The notes under the pieces are model-generated. The model searched no databases. It saw nothing but the letters and a program-made list of their open reading frames with translations, and was not told the DNA's origin. Below are positions 26,888 to 32,000 of a stretch of DNA of 32,000 nucleotides, piece by piece. A program made the translations under genes and the position numbers. Numbering within the stretch: the first letter of the stretch is position 1; every line of letters starts with the position of its first letter. The stretch lies in contig NZ_CP047960.1 in assembly GCF_014280195.1 (NCBI RefSeq), positions 2,010,001-2,042,000 of the forward strand. Direction: 5' to 3'. The stretch is from Synechococcus sp. A15-24 (lineage in GTDB: Bacteria; Cyanobacteriota; Cyanobacteriia; PCC-6307; Cyanobiaceae).

Positions 26888-27765
26888 CCGGCCCCGGCCT
26901 GATCAAGCACCAGGGGGATCCGTTCCTCAGCTTTGATCGCCATCAGATGAACCCCTTGGACAATCCCGAGGTACCGCTTCACCTGCTCCGCCGCGATCGC
27001 CACCCCCTCCATGGCGGGATTGTCTGCTGATTCCAACCGCAGGATCAGGTCTTCCGGGATGCAGGCACCCGGCACCACACGGTTGATGAAGCGGGCATTC
27101 TTGGCCGACTTGAGCAGAAACACACCCGCCAGAACCGGCAGGTTCAGCGGTCCCGCCAACTCAACCTGAAACCGCTCCAGTGCTGCAGGATCCATCACCA
27201 TCTGGGTCTGCACAAAGCGAGCACCGGCTTCGTGTTTGCGATGCAAGCGGCGTTTCAGACCACTCCAGCTGCGCGACTGAGGATCTGCGGCACAGCCGGC
27301 GAACAGTTGCGTCGCACCATCCGGCAAAACAGCCTTCACGGGATCCTTCCCTTGGTTGAAGGCCGTCACCTGACGCAGCAGTTTCACCGATTCGAACTCA
27401 TTCACCGGTCGGGCATCGGCCTGATCACCTGCCCGCACGGGATCACCCGTGAGACAGAGCAGGTTGTGGATGCCCAGGGCATGGGCTCCCAGCAGATCCG
27501 CCTGCAGCGCCAGACGATTGCGATCCCGACATGCCAGCTGCAACACAGGCTCCAGGCCTCGATCCAGCAGCAGACGGCAGACCGCCAGGCTGCTCATCCG
27601 CATTACCGCACGACTGCCATCGGTGACATTGACAGCATGCACCCGTCCCTTGAGCTGGTCCGCCATGGTCAGCGTGTGGGTGGGATCTCCCCCCCGGGGG
27701 GGCATCACCTCCGCCGTCATCGCCTGCTGACCGGACTCAATCGCGCGTTGGAGCGCCGTCGTCAA
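26872..27765 (-). CDS. metF: 5,10-methylenetetrahydrofolate reductase
   Basis: MTAEVMPPRGGD, VNVTDGSRA and LCLTGDP motifs of MTHFR. The most upstream start is TTG 27765-27763. The first ATG (27720) would remove conserved N-terminal residues. Confidence 0.85.
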   Translation of the reverse strand: MTTALQRAIESGQQAMTAEVMPPRGGDPTHTLTMADQLKGRVHAVNVTDGSRAVMRMSSLAVCRLLLDRGLEPVLQLACRDRNRLALQADLLGAHALGIHNLLCLTGDPVRAGDQADARPVNEFESVKLLRQVTAFNQGKDPVKAVLPDGATQLFAGCAADPQSRSWSGLKRRLHRKHEAGARFVQTQMVMDPAALERFQVELAGPLNLPVLAGVFLLKSAKNARFINRVVPGACIPEDLILRLESADNPAMEGVAIAAEQVKRYLGIVQGVHLMAIKAEERIPLVLDQAGAGQLAA

Positions 27766-27848
27766 ACCCTGAACTGCCGATGGGGCCCACTATGCAGGAT
27801 CAGATCATTCGACGGGACTACCATGAGTCGAAAGGGTGGTTGAGGCCC
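27766..27848. promoter_or_regulatory. Divergent intergenic region between metF and the small LuxR gene
   Basis: 83 bp between divergent starts, if the LuxR gene starts at ATG 27849. In-frame ATGs at 27780 and 27792 would shrink it. Confidence 0.3.
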
Positions 27849-28124
27849 ATGTCCAGCAGCGATCCAAGCGATCCCCTCAACATTTCACTCTCGGCAAGGG
27901 AGATTGAGATCATTGAACTGGTGGCCGAGGGTCTCACCAATCAAGAAATCGCTGACCGGCTCACCATCAGCAAACGCACGGTGGATAACCACGTCAGCAA
28001 CGTGTTCACCAAGACCGGCTCGAAAAACCGTGTAGCCCTGCTGAACTGGGCGATGGACAACGGCAAGATCTGCCGGGATGGCTTCAACTGCTGTGCCCTT
28101 CCAGATGCCGACGGCCCCGAATGA
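27849..28124 (+). CDS. Small stand-alone LuxR/GerE-type HTH regulator (PedR-like), 91 aa
   Basis: LSAREIEIIELVAEGLTNQEIADRLTISKRTVDNHVSNVFTKTG is a full GerE HTH. There is no receiver or ligand domain. The C-terminal tail KICRDGFNCCALP has 3 Cys. Confidence 0.8.
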   Translation: MSSSDPSDPLNISLSAREIEIIELVAEGLTNQEIADRLTISKRTVDNHVSNVFTKTGSKNRVALLNWAMDNGKICRDGFNCCALPDADGPE

Positions 28125-28308
28125 TCACCCCGGGCTGAGCGGGCTCGGGGAGCTCCTGTAGGGAGCTTGGCGACAATTGGATTTTGAACAAGGCGGCGTA
28201 TTCGACGCAGGCCTCCAAGCTGCTGCCAACAAAGCGCAGCATTCCTTCCCGGTCGTAAAGGCCCACCATCAGCGAGAAGCGCCTGCCTTCAAACCTAAAG
28301 GAAATCAA
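28084..28308 (-). CDS. Speculative small ORF (74 aa from TTG 28308, 61 aa from ATG 28269) downstream of the CYTH gene
   Basis: It fills the only sizeable unexplained gap (28125-28327). It is the 3' part of track ORF 28084-28797 beyond the CYTH stop. Third codon positions are mostly G/C by eye. No family recognised. Confidence 0.25.
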   Translation of the reverse strand: MISFRFEGRRFSLMVGLYDREGMLRFVGSSLEACVEYAALFKIQLSPSSLQELPEPAQPGVIIRGRRHLEGHSS

Positions 28309-28327
28309 AAGAAGTTTCCAGGTCTGT

Positions 28328-28834
28328 TCAGGCGTAGCCGAAGGCCTGCCGTTCCACCCGAGGCCAATCCTGCAGCGGCCGCCTGGCCAATGCTGCATTG
28401 GACCAGCGCCCATCGCCTGTGATTTCATGCCCACACCATGACGGAATCTCAAGGGGTGTTTGCGCAGAAGGAAGCTCCACTTCCGCCAGCAGCAAGGGAT
28501 CATTGCGTCCAGCGAAGTGGTCAACGACCCAGTCCCCACCAGCCAAGGAGAGGTCGTAGCGGGTCTTCTCCAGACGATGGGGGGCCAGGGTCCACAGCGA
28601 CTCGGCATCCGCAACCGGAATGGCGTACTCGAACTCATGGCGCACCAACCCAATGGCATCGGCGGCTGCCTTGAGGTTGAGCCAGGCGGCTTCAGCCCCA
28701 CGCAGACGAACGCGCACCGTGACGCCTTCGGCGCTGGCGGCCAGGTAGCCCTGGCGCAGTGGCTGGGGTTCTCCCGCCAGAGATCGCCAGCCCTCACCGG
28801 TCAACAAGAAGCGTCGTTCGATTTCGACAGCCAT
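28328..28834 (-). CDS. CYTH-domain protein (triphosphate tunnel metalloenzyme / CyaB-like)
   Basis: N-terminal MAVEIERRFLL (ExExK-type motif with K replaced by R), QGYL, VRVR, EFEY, KTRY and LAEVEL beta-strand pattern of CYTH. ATG at 28834-28832. Confidence 0.82.
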   Translation of the reverse strand: MAVEIERRFLLTGEGWRSLAGEPQPLRQGYLAASAEGVTVRVRLRGAEAAWLNLKAAADAIGLVRHEFEYAIPVADAESLWTLAPHRLEKTRYDLSLAGGDWVVDHFAGRNDPLLLAEVELPSAQTPLEIPSWCGHEITGDGRWSNAALARRPLQDWPRVERQAFGYA

Positions 28835-28841
28835 GGTTCGC

Positions 28842-29792
28842 TCAGTTGTGAGACGGCTGGGCCGCTGTCAGGCTTCCGGCCCAGTGCAGCTTGGAGGCCA
28901 CGGTGCGGTAGTAGGAGGGGCTCTGGTTCAGTTGCACCATCTGGGCATGGTGGCGGGCTTGCTGCACCACGCAGCATTCGCCCGGTTCAAGCACCGTGCA
29001 GCCAACACCGTCCTTCCACAGTTTGATCCGATGATCACCGGCGCCTAAGGGCCAGATCACCAGACGGGCCCGCGGCGGGACCACCACCGTGCGGCTGGAG
29101 AGACTCATCGGACAGATCGGTGCCACCACAATGGCATCAATGCCCGGATGCAAAATCGGCCCCCCAGCCGCAAGTGCATAGCCCGTGGAACCGGTGGGAG
29201 TGGAGAGGATAAGTCCATCGCCGCGGATCTGGTCCACCACTTCCCCATCTATTTCCAATTCTAGGGTGCAGGTGGGTGAAATCTCATCGCGGTAGGCGCG
29301 CAGATAAAAGTCATTGAGCGCCCAGTGGTGCTCGTCATCGTCCTCGACATCAGGCTGCTGCAGTGGCGTCGATGCGTCCGCCCGCTCCTCGGCGCTTCGG
29401 CGATCCACCATCGCCTGAAGCATCATCCGCCGCTCCATGGCGTACTGATCATTGAGCAGCCGCTGCCAGATCTCATCCCCCCGCAGTACACGGCGGTCAT
29501 GGGTGAGAAAGCCGAGATGCCCACCCACATTGATGCTGAGAATGGGGATGTCGTAGACGGCCAGGTGGCGGGCAGCCCCCAGGACAGTGCCATCGCCGCC
29601 CAGCACAACAGCTAGGTCAGGCAGTTGCTGCTGCGTCGCCAACAGGCCTGGGAATGGGTTAACGCGGGCTCCCGACATGGCAGTGGTCACATCGCTACCA
29701 AGAGCCTTGAGCTCTTTGGCGCACTGACGCGCTTCACGTTGAGCCGGCTGGCTGTCAGCCCGATAGATCACCCAGGCCCGATCGAGACGCAT
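28842..29792 (-). CDS. nadK: NAD kinase
   Basis: [21 protein letters not shown] and [20 protein letters not shown] motifs. ATG at 29792-29790. Confidence 0.92.
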   Translation of the reverse strand: MRLDRAWVIYRADSQPAQREARQCAKELKALGSDVTTAMSGARVNPFPGLLATQQQLPDLAVVLGGDGTVLGAARHLAVYDIPILSINVGGHLGFLTHDRRVLRGDEIWQRLLNDQYAMERRMMLQAMVDRRSAEERADASTPLQQPDVEDDDEHHWALNDFYLRAYRDEISPTCTLELEIDGEVVDQIRGDGLILSTPTGSTGYALAAGGPILHPGIDAIVVAPICPMSLSSRTVVVPPRARLVIWPLGAGDHRIKLWKDGVGCTVLEPGECCVVQQARHHAQMVQLNQSPSYYRTVASKLHWAGSLTAAQPSHN

Positions 29793-29807
29793 GGCCCCTG
29801 TGGATGG

Positions 29808-30137
29808 TTACCAGCGGAGCAGGTTGAACTGTTCCATATCGACGGTAACCCTGTTGCGATAAAGCGACAGCAAAATGGCCAGACCAACAGCGGCCTCTGC
29901 AGCAGCGACAGTAATCACAAACACAGCGAACACTTGCCCGCGGATCAGATCGCCATCGACATAAGACGAAAAGGCCATCAGATTGATGTTCACCCCATTA
30001 AGCATCAGCTCAATGCTCATCAGCACCCGCACAGCGTTGCGGCTGTTGATCAATCCCCAGACGCCGATGCAGAACAACATCGCGGCCACAAGCAGATAGG
30101 CCTGAAGCGAAGGGAGTTGAGAAAGAAGCTCGGTCAT
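29808..30137 (-). CDS. ndhE: NDH-1 subunit E (NuoK/ND4L-like)
   Basis: 109 aa, three TM helices, [14 protein letters not shown] and [13 protein letters not shown] motifs. Confidence 0.93.
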   Translation of the reverse strand: MTELLSQLPSLQAYLLVAAMLFCIGVWGLINSRNAVRVLMSIELMLNGVNINLMAFSSYVDGDLIRGQVFAVFVITVAAAEAAVGLAILLSLYRNRVTVDMEQFNLLRW

Positions 30138-30147
30138 CGTTCAGGAA

Positions 30148-30750
30148 TCAGGAAGAAGGCCGCTCAACCAGCAGCGGTGTACGGGATTTTTCGATCAGGC
30201 CCTGATCAGCGACTTCACCGGTCACAACATCCGTTGCCAGCACATCACGGCGAGCCAGGACGATGGCACCGATCATCGCCATCAGCAGCAGCACAGACGC
30301 CACCTCGAATGGCAACAGATAGTCGGTGAACAGGTGCTCACCGATGCGAGCAGTCGCCTCCTCTCCAACGGCAGCAGGGCCAGGCAGAGACCATGGGGTG
30401 GTGACCACAACGCGCACCAACAGAGCCAGAAGTCCCAGACAAACCCCGCCCGAAACAGCCCGTCGAACATTCAATCCAGCGATGGCCTTGAGGTCCTCTC
30501 GCTTGTTAACGAGCATGATCGCAAACAGGATCAACACATTGATCGCCCCCACGTAAACGAGGACCTGGGCCGCGGCGACAAAACTGGCGTTCAACAGCAG
30601 ATACAGACCAGCCACTGCCATGAACACCCCTCCGAGAAGGAAGGCGGAGTACACGATGTTGCTGAGCAGAACGACCCCCAGGGCACCGGTCACCACGACC
30701 GCGGACAGCACCAGGAAACAGATCAGCTCAGTGGTGGTGGCAATGCTCAT
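30148..30750 (-). CDS. ndhG: NDH-1 subunit G (NuoJ/ND6-like)
   Basis: 200 aa, five TM helices, [23 protein letters not shown]. Its ATG overlaps the ndhI stop (ATGA at 30747-30750). Confidence 0.9.
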   Translation of the reverse strand: MSIATTTELICFLVLSAVVVTGALGVVLLSNIVYSAFLLGGVFMAVAGLYLLLNASFVAAAQVLVYVGAINVLILFAIMLVNKREDLKAIAGLNVRRAVSGGVCLGLLALLVRVVVTTPWSLPGPAAVGEEATARIGEHLFTDYLLPFEVASVLLLMAMIGAIVLARRDVLATDVVTGEVADQGLIEKSRTPLLVERPSS

Positions 30751-31394
30751 GCCTCGCCCTCCAGGGATTCACCGCTGGATTGTCCCTCATTCTTGGCAAC
30801 AGCCTTTGCAGGAGGTGCCAGGGTTTCCAGCACCTGGGCTGGCAGCTGACCTGCACGGGGGCGATCTGCAGCGACGGCGTGGGGATCGATCTCACCGGCA
30901 GGCAGGTAAACCAACTCCTTCAAGGGACGCACCGAAGGATCAGTGGTGACACTGGTGGGCAGACGGCCCAGTGCCACGTTGTCGTAGTTGAGGCTATGGC
31001 GGTCGAAGGCCGACAGCTCGTACTCCTCGGTCATCGACAGGCAGTTGGTGGGACAGTACTCCACGCAGTTACCGCAGAAAATGCAGACTCCGAAGTCGAT
31101 GGAGTAGTTGCGCAACTCCTTCTTCTTGGTGGCCTTGTTCATCACCCAATCGACCACGGGCAGGTTGATCGGACAGACCCGAACGCACACCTCACAGGCG
31201 ATGCACTTGTCGAATTCGTAGTGGATCCGGCCGCGGTACCGCTCCGACGGAATCAGCTTCTCGTAGGGGTACTGCACCGTCACTGGACGGCGCTTCATGT
31301 GGTCGAAGGTGACCGAGAAGCCTTGCGCCAGGTTGCGGGCGGCATCCACGGCATCCCGCGTGTAGTCACCGACCTGTTTGAGAAATCCGAACAT
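30747..31394 (-). CDS. ndhI: NDH-1 subunit I (NuoI-like, 2 x [4Fe-4S])
   Basis: [12 protein letters not shown] and [12 protein letters not shown] ferredoxin-type motifs, with a C-terminal extension. Confidence 0.95.
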   Translation of the reverse strand: MFGFLKQVGDYTRDAVDAARNLAQGFSVTFDHMKRRPVTVQYPYEKLIPSERYRGRIHYEFDKCIACEVCVRVCPINLPVVDWVMNKATKKKELRNYSIDFGVCIFCGNCVEYCPTNCLSMTEEYELSAFDRHSLNYDNVALGRLPTSVTTDPSVRPLKELVYLPAGEIDPHAVAADRPRAGQLPAQVLETLAPPAKAVAKNEGQSSGESLEGEA

Positions 31395-31468
31395 GGCGAG
31401 AAGCCTGGAAGAGAGCGAGAGTCAGGTCACCGAGTCCATGATGGCCGGTGCAGAACGATCCAGAGGGA

Positions 31469-32000
31469 TCAACCGCCAAAAGCCACGGGGAACGCCAGTT
31501 TCAGTGCGGCGGTCACCAGGAGATTGACCAGAGACAAAGGAAGCAGGAATTTCCAGCCCAGATCCAACAGCTGGTCAATACGAACGCGGGGAGTGGTCCA
31601 CCGCAGCAGGATGGCCACAAACACCAGCAGGTAGGCCTTCAGCACCGTCATCACGATGCCGACGGAACCCGTGATCACCTGAACCACCGGAGCATCGATC
31701 GGCTGGTTCAACCAGCCCGCCAGCCATTCCACGGGGATCGGAAAACCCCAGCCCCCGAGGTAGAGAACAGAAACCAGAACGGCCGAGAGCACCAGGTTGA
31801 TGTAACCCGCTAAGTAGAAGAGAGCGAATTTCATGCCGGCGTACTCGGTCTGGTAGCCAGCCACCAGCTCCTCTTCAGCTTCGGGAAGATCGAAGGGAAG
31901 GCGTTCGCACTCGGCCAGGGCACAGATCCAGAAGATCAGGAAGCCCACGGGTTGGCGCCAGATGTTCCAGCTCAGGATGCCGGCGCCGGTTTGCTGACCG
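31469..32000 (-). CDS. ndhA: NDH-1 subunit A (NuoH/ND1-like), C-terminal part (5' end lies outside the window)
   Basis: [29 protein letters not shown] motif. The frame stays open beyond 31948 to the window edge (reads ...[14 protein letters not shown]), so the track's M is an internal GTG. Confidence 0.92.
   Translation of the reverse strand, partial: GQQTGAGILSWNIWRQPVGFLIFWICALAECERLPFDLPEAEEELVAGYQTEYAGMKFALFYLAGYINLVLSAVLVSVLYLGGWGFPIPVEWLAGWLNQPIDAPVVQVITGSVGIVMTVLKAYLLVFVAILLRWTTPRVRIDQLLDLGWKFLLPLSLVNLLVTAALKLAFPVAFGG

Noticed and set aside
28177-28422. 81-aa plus-strand ORF (TTG start) in the LuxR/CYTH gap
   Set aside because: More than a third of it is antisense to the CYTH coding region. 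The translation is Ala/Pro/Lys-rich and low-complexity. The minus-strand small ORF explains the gap better, and even that is speculative.
28084-28797. 237-aa minus-strand ORF overlapping the CYTH gene in another frame
   Set aside because: Upstream of 28328 it is an alternative frame of a gene with clear CYTH motifs. Only its 3' portion beyond the CYTH stop is retained as a candidate small ORF.

Overview
This is a high-GC, very gene-dense window. It reads as conserved core chromosome of a marine picocyanobacterium (Synechococcus-like). That assignment rests only on gene content (ycf3, ycf34, rpaA, rpaB, pds/crtB, seven ndh genes); all family and gene names come from motifs read in the translations and from memory, because no search was possible. 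I can support 36 protein-coding genes (two cut by the window edges) plus one speculative small ORF. I also support one tRNA-Asn(GTT), one clear and two weaker hairpin terminators, one intercistronic hairpin and one in-frame tandem repeat. Gene order: ABC ATPase (3' end), tRNA-Asn, rpaA > < holB-tmk-Cu(I) P-type ATPase | ycf3 > < radA | rpaB-plsX-fabH-fabD-plsC > < DUF218-tsaB-ycf34 | cca-like, RRM RNA-binding protein > < crtB-pds | ndhM-DUF3172-like > < rbcR | NnrU/Z-ISO-like-ndhF-ndhD, lapA-like, scpA, NDP-sugar pyrophosphorylase > < metF | small LuxR (PedR-like) > < small ORF?-CYTH-nadK-ndhE-ndhG-ndhI-ndhA (3' part). Intergenic space is minimal. There are many stop/start overlaps (ATGA, GTGA, TGATG), several convergent 3' overlaps and one head-to-head start-codon overlap. 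About one third of the genes appear to start at GTG or TTG. I found no CRISPR array, transposase or integrase, phage genes, toxin-antitoxin pair, recognisable defence module or compositional island, so I do not claim a novel system. The best leads are all modest. (1) An uncharacterised single-TM Cys-containing protein is translationally coupled to ndhM. (2) A nadK-CYTH pair, possibly with a further small ORF, is fused onto the end of the ndhAIGE string. (3) An RbcR/Ycf30-type LysR regulator lies divergent from NnrU(Z-ISO-like)-ndhF-ndhD. (4) A PedR-like mini-LuxR carries a Cys-rich tail. (5) The ycf34 and cca start codons share one CATG. The many long antisense ORFs in the track are GC-driven artefacts.
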